Source: an uncultured delta proteobacterium (lineage in GTDB: Bacteria > Desulfobacterota > WTBG01 > CAIYCZ01 > CAIRTM01). From it: a stretch of DNA of 64,000 bases. Position numbers and translations under genes: made by a program. Shown here one piece after another: positions 1-12,063 of the stretch. Under the pieces are notes generated by a model that made no database searches, was not told the origin of the DNA, and saw nothing but the letters and a program-made list of their open reading frames with translations. The stretch covers positions 1 through 64,000 of the forward strand of contig CAWDSQ010000008.1 of NCBI GenBank assembly GCA_963804955.1. The letters run 5' to 3'. Positions within the stretch are counted from its first letter, which is position 1, and every line of letters starts with the position of its first letter.

Positions 1-1027
1 CGACCTGAGCCCGGAGGAGATTGAGGCAATACAGCGGGTGCATGGCATCATGGCCAAATACACCCCCCTGTACTCGGAAAACAGCTCCGTCTTTCAGCCC
101 CGCGACTTTCTCGACAATGCCCGGGCCATGGTGGTGCTGGGGTTCAACTTTTTTTTCGGCAGGCCTGATCTTCCGGGCCGGCCCCCCCGCGGCGAGATCA
201 TGAACTTTTATATAAACCCGGAATGCCTGAGCTATATTGCTGCAAAGACCGAGCTGGTCACGGGCTTTCTTGCAGAGCGCGGGTATATGGCAGTACAGGT
301 CGCAACGGGAATTTCGGTAAAGTCGCTGGCCGCCCGCTCCGGCATCGGCGCGTACGGCAAGAACGGCGTCATTCTGACTCCGGAGCTGGGAGCTGGCTCG
401 GGATCATGGTGATCGTGACCGATGCGCCGCTCGAGCCTGACACTCCCATGAGCGATCTATGCGGGGCATGCACGCTGTGCCTGAAGGCCTGCCCCACTGG
501 AGCGCTTGACACGCCCTATGTGTGCGACATCGAGAAGTGCCTTACGCTCCACCTGGTCAACAACAAGGGCGACCTTCCGTATGCAGATGCGCGAAAAAGC
601 GGGCACCAATATCGCCCAGTGCAACATCTGCGTTGACGCCTGCCCCAAAAACAAAAAGCTCACCGTGCAGACCGAAATGGACAATCCTGAAGAGCTTGCC
701 TATCCTGAGATTGCAGGCCTTGTGAATATGTCGCAGGAGCGCTATCAGCAGATGTTCGGCGACAAGTTTTTTGATTTTGTGTTCATGGATAAAAAGTATA
801 TACAGCGCAATGCCGCCGTAGCTCTGGGCAACTATGGCGATCCGGCCTATATCCCCGACCTCCGGCAGGCTCTTGCCGCAGACCCTGAGGAGATCGTGCG
901 CAGCCATGCTGCCTGGGCTCTTGGCAGGATAGGCACGGCAGAGGCACAGCAGGCGCTCGAGCAGCATCTGAGCGACCCTTCAGCGGCGGTGCAGGCAGAG
1001 ATTGCGCGCGCTCTCAAGCGGAGCTAA
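1..1027 (+). CDS. Epoxyqueuosine reductase (QueG)-like 4Fe-4S protein with C-terminal HEAT repeat; 5' end probably outside window; split by two indels (~400, ~590)
   Basis: Pieces 38..412, 223..636 and 506..1027 give SVKSLAARSGIGAYGKN, CGACTLCLKACPTGAL, CNICVDACP, RNAAVALGN and VRSHAAWALGRIG, the QueG-type layout. Confidence 0.75.
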
Positions 1028-1115
1028 AGCCCTCACACAGGCTGTTTTTTCTTTGCATGACCTGCTGCCTGCTGATATCATGGCGGCAACAAAAAAAGCA
1101 GCCTGCAGACCCGTC

Positions 1116-1718
1116 ATGATCATTCAAACCTATGAACAGAATCCGCAGCCGCGCGCCATCCGCACAGCCGTTGAGGTGCTGCGCGACGGCGGGCTTATCG
1201 TCTACCCGACAGATACCATCTACGGGCTTGGCTGCGACCTGCACAATAAGCGGGCACTCGAAAAGCTGTACCGCATCAAGGGGATGGATGAAAAAAGCCC
1301 GCTGAGCTTCATTTCGCCCGATCTGAGCAAAGTATCGCAGTACGCTCAGGTCGGCAATCGTGCCTATCGCATCATGAACAAATGCCTGCCCGGGCCTTTC
1401 ACCTTTATCCTGCCCGCCATGAAAGAAGTGAACCGCTACATGCTCTATAAGCGCAAGCAGATCGGCATCCGCGTGCCCCAAAGCAATGTGTGCCGCATGC
1501 TCACCCAGGAACTCGGCAACCCTATCATCAACACGAGCGTTCCGCTGTGGGGGGAAAAGGTGCTGAACTCCGGCGATGTCATCGACGAGCATTTTGGCCG
1601 GCAGATCGACCTGGTGTTTGATATCGGCGTGCTGGTAAGCGAACCATCGACAGTAGTTGATCTTTCGGGCGACGAGTTTGCCATTATGCGGCAGGGAAAG
1701 GGAGAGATAACGCTGTAG
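1116..1718 (+). CDS. Sua5/YciO/YrdC family threonylcarbamoyl-AMP synthase
   Basis: IVYPTDTIYGLGC, LPGPFTFIL, IGIRVP and PSTVVDL motifs; ATG at 1116. Confidence 0.9.
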   Translation: MIIQTYEQNPQPRAIRTAVEVLRDGGLIVYPTDTIYGLGCDLHNKRALEKLYRIKGMDEKSPLSFISPDLSKVSQYAQVGNRAYRIMNKCLPGPFTFILPAMKEVNRYMLYKRKQIGIRVPQSNVCRMLTQELGNPIINTSVPLWGEKVLNSGDVIDEHFGRQIDLVFDIGVLVSEPSTVVDLSGDEFAIMRQGKGEITL

Positions 1719-2062
1719 CGCGGCAAGGAAACATGTTATAATGCCTGTATGCATTGCCCATCCCCTTCAGTACAACAAATCTCGTTGCATTTCCCGTAAC
1801 AGGCATAACCGGCATGTACAATCAACATCAGAGTCATTCGTTTCACTCAGGAGCCGCATTGTAATTACGATCCTCCAAGGTGGAGAAGAATCTTTAAAGA
1901 TCTCGTCCTTGGGGGGATGACTAAAAAAACCATAGGTATTTCAGCAAAAACGAAAAATGCTTAAAAAAGATATGCCTGCGGTGATGCCGGGGAAAAAAAT
2001 GAGGGGCTGCATGTCTGTCATGCAGCCCCCTGTTTTTTCTTTTGTTTTGAATAGCGGTTAAT

Positions 2063-3542
2063 TTATTTTTCCGGTTTCAGCACAACCCAGATTGCATTAT
2101 CGCCACGCCGCAGGAGAAACAGGAGATTGTCGCCCGACTTGATTTTTCGCAGTGCGCCATTATAGTCAGCAAGGCTGCGTATAGCGACGCGATTGATTTC
2201 TTCAATAATGTCGCCGGGCCGCAGCCCCGCCTCGTCGGCTGCGCTGCCCGGCTCAATCTGTGGATATGACAACGCCGTCCTTTTTGGCAAGGCCCTGGCG
2301 CTGAGCCAGTTCGGGCGTAATCTCGCGCACCGCAATGCCGAAATTTTTCTCTGCTTCCTGAGTCTGCGCCAGCTCGGCTGTTTTTCCATCCTTAAGCTCG
2401 GCAATTTTTACCGGCATGGTTTTTTCTTTTCCATTGCGAAGGACCTGCACATCAATGGTTTTGCCGATTTCGGTCTGCGCGACAAGCATCGGCAGCTCAT
2501 CCATTTCCTTTATCTCTTTACCATTAAAGGCAATAATGATGTCGCCCGATGCAATGCCCGCTTTGGCAGCAGGCCCGTTCTTGTCCACATCGGCTACCAG
2601 TGCGCCTCTTCCCTCGCTGATGCCGAAGGATTTCGCAAGCTCGGGCGTGACTTTTTGCACCACAACGCCGAGCCAGCCGCGCACGACCTTGCCGCTGCCC
2701 TTGAGCTGGGGAATGATTGTTTTTGCGATATTGATCGGTATGGCAAAGCCGATGCCCACATTGCCGCCGCTGGGCGAAAAGATGGCCGTATTGATGCCCA
2801 CCACCTTGCCGCTCAGATTGAACAGCGGCCCGCCGCTGTTGCCGGGATTGATTGACGCGTCGGTCTGGATGAAGTCGTCATAGGGCCCCTGGCCGATTTT
2901 GCGCCATTTTGCGCTGACGATACCCTGTGTCACCGTTTCCTGCAGGCCGAACGGGTTCCCGATGGCCATGACCCACTCGCCGATTTCAAGCGTGTCTGAA
3001 TCGCCCAGTTCCGCAAAGGGCAGATCTCCCTTGGGTTCCTTGATCTTGATGAGCGCGATATCTGTTTTTTCGTCGCGACCGATCAGCTTGGCATCATACT
3101 GCTTTTCATCTTGCAGGGTCACCTTGATCTCATCGGCATCCGCTACCACATGGTTGTTGGTGAGCACATAGCCTTCCCGGTCAATGATGAAACCCGACCC
3201 GAGGCCCTGCTGCTTGCGCTGCTGCGGCATCTGGTCAAAAAAACGGCGCATAAAATCATCACCATAAAATTCCCGCTGGTCGTCCTCGCCAAACGGCCCC
3301 TGAAATCGATGCATGGCGCCTTTGGGGGGCTTGATCGTCCGCGAGGTGCTGATATGAACGGTCACGGGCATCAGCTTTTTGGCAAGCTCGGCAAAGCTCG
3401 GTATGGTGATGGTTTTTGCGGCATCGCCCGGCTGCACCTGGGCTGCTGCCGGGGCAGCAGCCAGTATGCACCAGAGACCGAGGGCCAGGAACAGCGCCGG
3501 CACCACAGGGGAAAACATGCGCGAACGAACGGGGTTGATCAT
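2063..3542 (-). CDS. degP: DegP/DegQ (Do) serine protease with two PDZ domains; one indel near 2255
   Basis: Signal peptide; TNNHVV, DIALIK and TDASINPGNSGGPL catalytic motifs; second PDZ continues in ORF 2063..2404. Confidence 0.9.
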
Positions 3543-3585
3543 CGGGGCTCCTTTAGAGATGGGTTGGGCACAGCAGGCATGCCGC

Positions 3586-3951
3586 CTATTGCTGAAGTTT
3601 TTTTATCGAGAGCGCTTCGGCAAGACCTTCGCCCGTAGTAATATACTTAACTTTTACGCTATCGTTTTTTCTCAGCACTTCAAGGCCTATCGGCTTCCAG
3701 ACGGGGTCATAGATTGTGGTGGTTGTCTTGACGATCAGCACATGGCGACGTCCGCTCGATCCCCCAATGACAATCTCGGAACGCAGGCCCTTTAAGCTAT
3801 CGGCAATGGATACCGAGTCAACGGTGCCCGTGACCGTCTGCACAGTGCTTGAATCAGGCGCCGAGACCAGCACGGGCATTGAGCAGTCAACAGCGTGGCA
3901 GACGGCAGCAGCACAAAGGCACGTGAGAAAAACAACAAGAGCTTTTTTCAT
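3586..3951 (-). CDS. Small exported hypothetical protein (OB-fold-like)
   Basis: MKKALVVFLTCLCAAAVCHA signal peptide; beta-rich mature part. Confidence 0.65.
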   Translation of the reverse strand: MKKALVVFLTCLCAAAVCHAVDCSMPVLVSAPDSSTVQTVTGTVDSVSIADSLKGLRSEIVIGGSSGRRHVLIVKTTTTIYDPVWKPIGLEVLRKNDSVKVKYITTGEGLAEALSIKKLQQ

Positions 3952-4220
3952 AGCCCAAACTTCCTTTACGATCAAGTTAAAAAGGGTACTACAGTGAACG
4001 CAGCGCCAGTTTCCCCTTTGCCAGCTGTTTGGTTCGGCCCTTATGCCTGCACGGAGTAATAGCCGGCATGATTAAGCCCTGAGCCCCGGCATAAACCCGC
4101 AAACATCTAAAGGCTTTCCCTGAGAGGCGGCATTCTGTACGGGGATGTTCGAAAAGAGTCTCAATGCCTTCAGCACAATCACAGTGTATACGAGTTTTCA
4201 TTAATTGTGAAGGAGGAGGC

Positions 4221-4368
4221 GTGCAGGAAGGATGAAAAGGGGGGGGAACACCCTCCCTGCACTGCCAGGAGGAACATTGTATTATCTGCAGCATGCAATA
4301 CTTTTTTCGTTTCATGTTTCTGATTCGTGCAGGCAGGATGAGAAGGGGGGGGAACACCCTGCCTGCAC
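4221..4368. repeat. Two near-identical 42-bp hairpins (4221-4262, 4327-4368) with a G-run loop on + (C-run on -); candidate sRNA or leader
   Basis: gtgcagg(a/c)aggatga(a/g)aag-G-run-aacaccct(c/g)cctgcac occurs twice. Confidence 0.75.
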
Positions 4369-4427
4369 TATCAGTACCAACTGTTTCTTATTGCTGTTTA
4401 CCTGTATCGTGCTTCTAATAGAGTTGT

Positions 4428-4468
4428 AGCATAGGAATAATTAAAGAAAGGTTAAAGCAGGATTAGAA
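4428..4468 (-). promoter_or_regulatory. Putative OmpR/CpxR-type direct-repeat operator and -10 box
   Basis: TTAAAG-N5-TTAAAG-N5-TTAGAA at 4441-4468 (11-bp period); TATGCT on - strand at 4428-4433. Confidence 0.45.
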
Positions 4469-4472
4469 AATT

Positions 4473-5945
4473 TTAATGGATAGGAAGGGTGATGATGAAG
4501 GTGCTGCCTTCACCCGGAGTGCTCTGGATGCTGATCGAGCCGCCGTGGGCTTCAACAATGGACTTGGCGATGCTCAGGCCCAGCCCGAAGCCGGCGCTGC
4601 TGCGGGATGCTTCAACGCGGTAAAAGCGGTCAAAAACAAACGGAATATCTTCGGCTTTAATGCCGATACCCGTGTCGCGCACGATTACGGAGACGCTCTC
4701 CCTGCCCGGCTGCACATCTACAGAAACGCTGCCTCCTTCAGGCGTATACTTAACGGCATTGCTGATAATATTTATAAGCACCTGACGCATGAACTGTTCG
4801 TCGGCCACAACGGTGAGCCCGCCGGCAGCCCTGCATTCCAGGCGTAGTGCTTTCTGGTCAGCCAGTATATGCATATCCTCCAGAACGCCGCAGGCAAGGG
4901 CTGCAAGGTCGATTTTTTGCCGCTGCAGCACTATCTCCCTGTCGTCAAGACGGGCAAGGGTCAGCAGGTTGTGTACGATCCGCGTAAGGCGTTCAATCTC
5001 CTCCAGGCCGCTGCGAAGAACCCCTTCATACTCCTCCGGCGACCGCTGCCGTTTTAAAGCTACGCTCATTTCCCCCTCCAGGATGGTCAGGGGAGTTTTC
5101 AGCTCATGCGATGCGTCCTGCAGAAAATGGCGCTGCGATGCGAACGAATGATCGAGCCGTGCCAGCATGTCGTTGAAGGTCACGGCCAGGCGCTGAATCT
5201 CGTCGCGCGTATCCGGTTCGGGGATGCGCTGCCGCAGGCTTTTGGCCGTTATCTGCTGCACGGCCTTTATCATGCGGTCGACCGGCCTGAGGGACAGTTT
5301 TGCCAGTATCATGCCGATAAGGCCGGTAAAGAGTATCATGAGCGGCAGCATGACAATCAGAAGCTGCTTGAGATCATCACGTGCATTTTCAATGGCCGTG
5401 AGAGGGCTTGCCACCTGCACAATATAGGTTGCCGCATTATCCTCAATTATCGGCTTGGTGAACACACGCAGAATTGTCATGCGGTCTGCGGCAAACGGTA
5501 CGGCCACGTTGTCAAAACGGGCATTCCCCAGAAGCGCTGTCTGGAAAAGATCATCCGGAAAAATAATGCTGCGGCCGATATTTTTTGAGGAAGCAATGAG
5601 TTTGCCCCGGGCATCAAATATCTGAACGATGATATTGAGCAGGTCCGGCTTGTTGGATTCCTCGTTGACCCAGCGCTGAGCAATTTTGATAAAGTTTATA
5701 TTGCCGGCTTTTTTAAAAGTCCGGGCATCTGCGCCCTCGCGGCTCGCTTCAAGCTTTTCAACCTCCCAGTAGGTGTTGATGGCGTCCGTTACCCCTGCGG
5801 CCCGCGACTCCAGCAGGCTGTCAAGCTGGCTGTAGAGATCGTGAAACAGGCGGGCGTACAGCACGAAGCAAAAGACCAGCATGATCAGGGTGACCAGCGC
5901 CATGGAGGAAAGTGCAATCTTTACCCGGAGAGAGCGTGGCAGCAT
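4473..5945 (-). CDS. HAMP sensor histidine kinase (CusS/CzcS-like)
   Basis: Two TM segments, HAMP, ASHELKTPL H-box, NAVKYT, DTGIGI and GFGLGLSI boxes. Confidence 0.92.
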   Translation of the reverse strand: MLPRSLRVKIALSSMALVTLIMLVFCFVLYARLFHDLYSQLDSLLESRAAGVTDAINTYWEVEKLEASREGADARTFKKAGNINFIKIAQRWVNEESNKPDLLNIIVQIFDARGKLIASSKNIGRSIIFPDDLFQTALLGNARFDNVAVPFAADRMTILRVFTKPIIEDNAATYIVQVASPLTAIENARDDLKQLLIVMLPLMILFTGLIGMILAKLSLRPVDRMIKAVQQITAKSLRQRIPEPDTRDEIQRLAVTFNDMLARLDHSFASQRHFLQDASHELKTPLTILEGEMSVALKRQRSPEEYEGVLRSGLEEIERLTRIVHNLLTLARLDDREIVLQRQKIDLAALACGVLEDMHILADQKALRLECRAAGGLTVVADEQFMRQVLINIISNAVKYTPEGGSVSVDVQPGRESVSVIVRDTGIGIKAEDIPFVFDRFYRVEASRSSAGFGLGLSIAKSIVEAHGGSISIQSTPGEGSTFIITLPIH

Positions 5946-5946
5946 A

Positions 5947-6612
5947 TCATTCCTTGATCATGTAGCCCCGGCCGCGGATGGTTTGTATGAGCTTTTGGTC
6001 GAAGTCGGCGTCGATTTTGTTGCGCAGGTAGTTGATGTAGACATCAATCACATTGGTGCTGGTATCAAAGTCGATGTCCCAGACATGCTCCGAGATCATG
6101 GTGCGCGTTACCACGGTGCCGGCATTGCGCATGAGGTATTCGAGCAGGGCGAATTCCCGGGAGGACAGAATGATGTCCCTGTCGGCGCGGGCAACCTTGT
6201 GCGAGAGCAGGTCCAGGGCAAGGTCTGCGACCTGCAGCCGCGTAGCGGGCTGAACGGCTCTGCGCAGCAGCACGCGCATGCGGGCCAGCAGCTCTTCGAA
6301 GGCGAAGGGCTTGGTGAGATAGTCATTGGCCCCGGCGTCCAGGCCCGTCACCTTGTCCTGTACCGAGGTCTTGGCCGTGAGCATGATGATGGGCGCTTCG
6401 AGCTTGTCTGCGCGCAGCTTTTTGCATAAGGTGACGCCGTCGCATTTCGGAAGCATGATATCAAGGATGATAAGATCATAGTCGCTGACCGAGGCCAGTT
6501 CATAGCCCTCGTCGCCGTCTGCGGCCACGTCAACGGCATAGCCCTCCTCTTTGAGCCCGCGTTTTATGAACCCGGCTATTTTTTTTTCATCCTCGACGAC
6601 AAGTATGCGCAT
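5947..6612 (-). CDS. OmpR-family response regulator (CusR/CzcR-like)
   Basis: Receiver (LDIMLP, KPF) plus winged helix ending TIRGRGY. Confidence 0.93.
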   Translation of the reverse strand: MRILVVEDEKKIAGFIKRGLKEEGYAVDVAADGDEGYELASVSDYDLIILDIMLPKCDGVTLCKKLRADKLEAPIIMLTAKTSVQDKVTGLDAGANDYLTKPFAFEELLARMRVLLRRAVQPATRLQVADLALDLLSHKVARADRDIILSSREFALLEYLMRNAGTVVTRTMISEHVWDIDFDTSTNVIDVYINYLRNKIDADFDQKLIQTIRGRGYMIKE

Positions 6613-6775
6613 AAATTAGACTCTGCACCCTGGATTTGCTGGGTTCGCCCTTTAGCAGGTATTTTTTTCAAGCATTTAATTGTGCGCAGGCCGGGTTGAG
6701 GTACGAACCCCCAACAATGTTTTCCGGGCTTAGCCCAACCTGAAAAAGGCTTTCCGTTCAGCCACGAATAAAAGT

Positions 6776-8487
6776 TTATTGCTCAGTCTGCTGGGCATCC
6801 TCGCGTTCATCATCGGCCTCGGCAAGCGCCGCGACTTCCTCCCGCAGCACCCGCCGCAGGTTCTTGCCCGCAAGGTTGCGCGGAATAGAATCCCGGAACA
6901 GCACCTTGCGCGGCACCTTGTAGCGCACAAGATGCTCCTTGCAGAACCGCACTATCTCCTCGGGGGTTGCGGCAACGCCCTCTTTCAGCACCACGAAGGC
7001 ATAGACCCGCTCACCCCTTATTTTATCGGGCATGCCGATGACGGATGCGTCGGCAACCTTGGGATGGGTCAGCAGAAATTCTTCGATCTCGCGGGGGTAG
7101 ATGTTGAACCCTTCGGAGATGATCATATCTTTCTTGCGCTCGACGATAAAGAAATAGCCTTCTTCGTCCATGCGGGCGATATCGCCGGTGTACAGCCAGC
7201 CGTCGCGCAGCGTGGCTGCCGTCTCTTCGGGCCGGTTCCAGTAGCCCTGCATCACCTGCGGCCCCCTGATGCACAACTCACCCGTGCTCCCGAGCGGAAG
7301 GTCTTCGCCGGTCTCCATGTCAACGATTTTGCAATCCGTGCCCGGCACCGGCATACCGATGCTGCCGTCCTTGCGGGCGCCATTGAGCGGGTTGCAGTGC
7401 GTGACCGGCGATGCCTCCGACAGTCCGTAGCCCTCAATGATGATGCCGCCGGTGAGCCGTTCAAAGTCCTTGAGCACCGTGCCGGGAAGAGGCGCTGCGC
7501 CCGAGATGCAGTAGCGGATTGTGGAAACATTGTACTTGCCGATATCACGAAAGGACCCGAGCACGCTGTAGATTGTGGGAATGCCGGGCAGAACCGTCGC
7601 CTTATGGGAATCGATTGCCTTGAGAATATCTTTGGCGACGAATTTGGGAAAAAGAATGATGCTTTCTCCGGCGGACAGGGGCAGATTCAGCGCCGTTGCC
7701 ATGCCGTAGGTATGAAAAAACGGCAGCACGGAGATGAAGATCTCTTGGCCGGGCCGCAGACCCGTGTACCAGTGGCGTATCATGGTGTTGTTGATAACAA
7801 TGTTCTTATGCGTGAGCATCGCGCCTTTGGCAGAGCCCGTGGTGCCGCCGGTGTACTGCAATATGGCAAGATCATCGCCGGAGAGCTTCGGAAGCCGGCA
7901 CTCGGGAGCCTTGCTTTTCATGAGCTTCTGATAAAACATGACGCCGTTTTTTTCCTCAAGCGGCACATTCTCTGTTCCCTTTTGGGCGATTATGGGGTAA
8001 ATAAACTTTTTTAATGGCGGCAGGTAATCCTGAATCTTGCCCGACGATTATGCGCTTCAGGCCAACCGAGGGCTGAACTTTATAGACTTTGGGGTAGAGC
8101 AGATCAAGGGTCACCAGCGTTTCAGCGCCGGAATCCCTGATTTGAAACGCAAGCTCCTTTTCGGTGTACAGCGGGTTGGTGGGCACGATGACCGCGCCCA
8201 GCCGCAACGCAGCATAGTAGGCGATGATGAAGTGGGGGCAATTGGGCAGAAAGAGCGCCACGCGCTCGCCTTTGCCAAGACCCAGGCTGTGCAGAACCCG
8301 GGTGAACTGCTCGATGGCCTCCCAGAGTTCGGCATAGGTCATGGTGAAGCCGAAGAAGTCTACGGCATTCTGCCTGGCCGAAAACAGCAATGCTTTTTTC
8401 AAGCAGCGAGGGGATGGTGCTTCCGTCATAGTCAACCTCAGGCGGGACTGCAGGATCGTAGAACTTGAGCCAGGGCTTCTCTGTCAC
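6776..8487 (-). CDS. Long-chain fatty-acid--CoA ligase; split by indels near 7960-8040 and 8430
   Basis: YTGGTTGSAKG, EGYGLSEASP and LYTGDIA AMP-binding motifs; GTG start at 8487 with AAGGAG RBS. Confidence 0.88.
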
Positions 8488-8580
8488 GGCACACTCCTTT
8501 ATTCGGAAGTTTTTCAGAATGTAAATTGTTAGCAACTGTATCCAAATCATTCCTTAAAAACAAGTTTTTTATAAAGCCAT

Positions 8581-10114
8581 ATGAAGCGAAATGACGCCTT
8601 TTTTGCAGCCCTGGCCGGAGCGCTGCTTGTCCTGATATTTCCCCGGCTGAACCTGTGGGTGCTTGCCTGGGTGAGCCTCGTGCCTCTGCTGGCCGCGGCA
8701 GACGGCAAACAGGGCGCTGCGGGCTTTAAGCTCGGCTGGCTTGCCGGAACAATCTTTCATGCCGGCCTGGTCTACTGGGTCACCGTTTCCATGACCATGT
8801 ACGGCAAGCTGCCCTTTGCCGTTTCGGTTCCCATTCTGCTGGTTTTTGCGGCTTTTCTGGGGCTGTTCACCGGCCTGCCGGTCTGGGGCGCCTGTTTCGT
8901 GCAGCAGCGCCGGGGCTGGAGCTTTGCCCTTACCTTTCCGTTTTTATGGGTTGCGGTTGAGCATCTCAAGTCATGGTTTCTGACCGGTTTCCCCTGGGAT
9001 ATTATCGGCTATTCGCAGTACCGCGTGCTGCCTTTGGTTCAGATAGCCGATATCACCGGTGTGTACGGCGTGAGCTTTCTGATTGTCTGCGTCAACTGCG
9101 CAGCGTATGGCTGTGTGCGGCGCCTCATGAAAAAGGGGCCGCTGCCCTTTGCCGAGATAGCGATTGCGGGTGCTGCTGCTGCTGGCTGCCTGGGCCTACG
9201 GAGTACAAAAAATAAGCGGCGTCAACGATGCCGCTCTCCGGCCGGCGAGGTACGCGTGGCGCTGGTGCAGCCCAATATTTCGCAGGATCTCAAATGGGAC
9301 CCTGCCTATCTTGAACAAACGCTCGAAAAATTCAAGCGACTTACGCTCCAGACCAGAAAGGATACGCCCGCGCTGGTTGTCTGGCCCGAGTCGGCAACGC
9401 CGTTCTTTTTTCAGTCCGAGGAAACCTATCAGGGCTTATGTGGCCGATATCGTCAAGGAGTTAAACGGCGCCTATCTCCTTTTTGGCAGCCCTTCGTGGG
9501 AGGAGGCAGCCGGCGGCAGCCTGCGCTACCACAACAGCGCCTTTCTTATCAATCCCGGGCAGGAAATTGCGGGCAGGTATGACAAGCTTCATCTTGTGCC
9601 CTATGGCGAGTATGTGCCCCTGGCGCGGTTTTTCCCGTTCATACAGAAAATGGTCGAGGGCATCGGCGATTTCAGCCCCGGCCAATCGCTCAGCATGACA
9701 AGCCTGCCGGGCTGCATGTTCGGCACGGTCATCTGCTATGAAATCATTTTTCCCGATCTGGTGCGGCAGTTTGCCCTGGGCGGTGCGCAATTCATCGTCA
9801 ATATAACCAATGACGCATGGTTCGGCACGACGAGCGCGCCCTATCAGCACCTTGCCATGACAGCACTGCGGGCGGTTGAGAACAGGCGCTTTATAGCCCG
9901 CTGCGCCAATACGGGCATCAGCGCGGTCATTGCTCCGACGGGCGCCATACAGCAGCAAACAGAGCTCTTTACGGAAGCCGTGCTTCCTGCTACCATATAC
10001 TGCCGCAGCGATGTAACCGTGTATGCCCGCTACGGCGACCTGTTTGCCTGGTGCTGCTGGGCCTTCAGCCTTTTTTGTTTATTGAGCGCCTGCCGCCGCA
10101 GGCAAAAAACATAA
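8581..10114 (+). CDS. lnt: Apolipoprotein N-acyltransferase; indels between ~9165 and ~9435
   Basis: GFPW, VQPNI, VVWPESA, YDKLHLVPYGEY, ICYE and NITNDAWFG motifs. Confidence 0.92.
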
Positions 10115-10130
10115 CCAAGGAGACACGAGC

Positions 10131-11223
10131 ATGCTCAACCTGTGGAAAGAAAAAATAAACTCGCTTGAGAAACGCATGGAAACCATTCGAGGTTATCTTT
10201 GACATACCCGGCAAGCAGTCCCGGATGGAAGAGCTTGAGAAGCTCAGCGCCGATCCCGATTTCTGGAAAGAGGCACAAGAGGCGCAGAAAATAAACAGGG
10301 AGCGCAAATCCATAGAAAACAGCCTTGCCGCATGGGCCGGGCTTCAAAAAAAAGCTGAGGACTGCGCCGTGCTTCTGGAGCTTGCCGCCGAGGTCGATGA
10401 GGACGCCGACCTTGAGGCGGAGATGCAGACAATGGCCGAGGATTTTGAGCGCACGGTGCAGGAAATGGAGTTTAAAAAGATGCTCAGCGGCGAAAGCGAT
10501 ATGAACAACGCTTTCGTGAGCATCCACGCCGGCGCCGGCGGCACCGAGGCCCAGGACTGGGCAAGCATGCTGCTGCGGATGTACCTGCGCTGGGCCGAGC
10601 GCCGCGGATTCAAAACCGCGCTGATCGATGAGCTGGAAGGCGAAGAGGCGGGCATTAAGAGCGCAACCATAACCGTGAGCGGCGACTATGCCTACGGCTA
10701 TCTCAAGGCCGAGGTGGGCATTCACCGCCTGGTGCGCATTTCGCCCTATGATGCCAATGCCCGCCGGCACACGTCATTTGCCTCGGTGTTTGTTTATCCC
10801 GAGGTTGATGATACTATCGAAATCACCATCGATGAAAAAGACCTGCGGGTCGACACCTACCGGGCAAGCGGCTCCGGCGGGCAGCATGTCAACAAGACCT
10901 CGTCCGCCATACGCATCACGCATATCCCCACCAATATCGTCGTTGCCTGCCAGAACGAACGCTCGCAGCACATGAACCGGGCAACGGCCATGAAGATGCT
11001 CAAGGCGCGCCTCTACGAGACGGAGCTGAAGGCGCGGGAAAAAGAGATGGACAAGCTGCATGCCGTTAAAAAGCAGATCGCCTGGGGCAGCCAGATCCGG
11101 TCCTATATCCTGCAGCCCTATCAGCTCGTGAAAGACCACCGAACGGATCTTGAAATCGGCAATGTCAATGCCGTGCTCGACGGCGACATCACCCGTTTCA
11201 TCGAAGCCTATCTTATGAGCTGA
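10131..11223 (+). CDS. prfB: Peptide chain release factor 2 with programmed +1 frameshift
   Basis: ATG 10131 reads to CTT TGA at 10197-10202, preceded by SD-like GAGG; the +1 frame has GGTEAQDW, SPY and GGQ; lnt-prfB synteny. Confidence 0.96.
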
Positions 11224-11235
11224 CGGAGACACGCC

Positions 11236-11832
11236 ATGAAAAATCTTGCCAATTTTTTGTTTGAAGTGGGCATGCTCAAACGCACGCCCCGCTCGGGCCA
11301 TCAGTTTCTGGGCTCGGGCAGCGAATCGGTTGCCGAGCATATCTGCCGCGTCATCTTTATCGGCTATACGCTGGCCAAGCTTGATGGCGGGGCCGATGAA
11401 ACAAAGCTGCTGAAAATGTGCTTTCTGCACGATCTGCACGAGGCGCGCACGGGCGACATGAATTATATGAACAAGAAGTACGTGAGCGTCGACGAGGACA
11501 AGGCCCTGCGGGACCTGTGCGATACGCTGCCCTTCGGCGAGGAGATTCTGCAGGTTACGGGAGAGTTCAACAGCCTGCAGACCCATGAGGCTCTGCTTGC
11601 CTATGACGCCGACCAGATCGAGCTGATCCTGATGCTCAAGGAGCACAGGGATCTCGGCAACAAGTATGCCGATGAATGGATCAGCTTTGCCCTCAAGCGG
11701 CTCAAAACCGATGCCGGGAAACAGCTGGCGCAGGAGGTCATTGAGACGGACTGGACTCTGTGGTGGTTCAAGGACAAAAGCGACTGGTGGGTCTCTGCGG
11801 GCAATCCCCGGCTTACGGATGATACTGAATAG
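11236..11832 (+). CDS. HD-domain hydrolase (YfbR/HDDC2-like 5'-deoxynucleotidase family)
   Basis: LKRTPRSG, ESVAEH, LHDLHEARTGD and DADQIE motifs. Confidence 0.85.
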   Translation: MKNLANFLFEVGMLKRTPRSGHQFLGSGSESVAEHICRVIFIGYTLAKLDGGADETKLLKMCFLHDLHEARTGDMNYMNKKYVSVDEDKALRDLCDTLPFGEEILQVTGEFNSLQTHEALLAYDADQIELILMLKEHRDLGNKYADEWISFALKRLKTDAGKQLAQEVIETDWTLWWFKDKSDWWVSAGNPRLTDDTE

Positions 11833-12063
11833 ATAAGCGGTTGGTGCGCAGCAGCAACCCGCTTCAGAACAGCCGGCTGTTGACTTTCGATTGCGTTGCG
11901 ACTATTCCCGGGGACATTGTCAAAGCATGGTGAATTTTGCCAGTATAGTATCCAAAAGCAATCTGTGTTGACTTATTAAGAAAAAGAAGTATTTATATAT
12001 ATTAAAACAAGCAGCCCGGACTGGGCCAAACCTTTTTTTCTTTACTGTAATGCCGAAGCCACA

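Noticed and set aside
6779..8014. Long antisense ORFs (also 21551..22564, 45206..46330, 58666..59727)
   Set aside because: Shadow frames of GC-rich genes on the opposite strand with no recognisable motifs.
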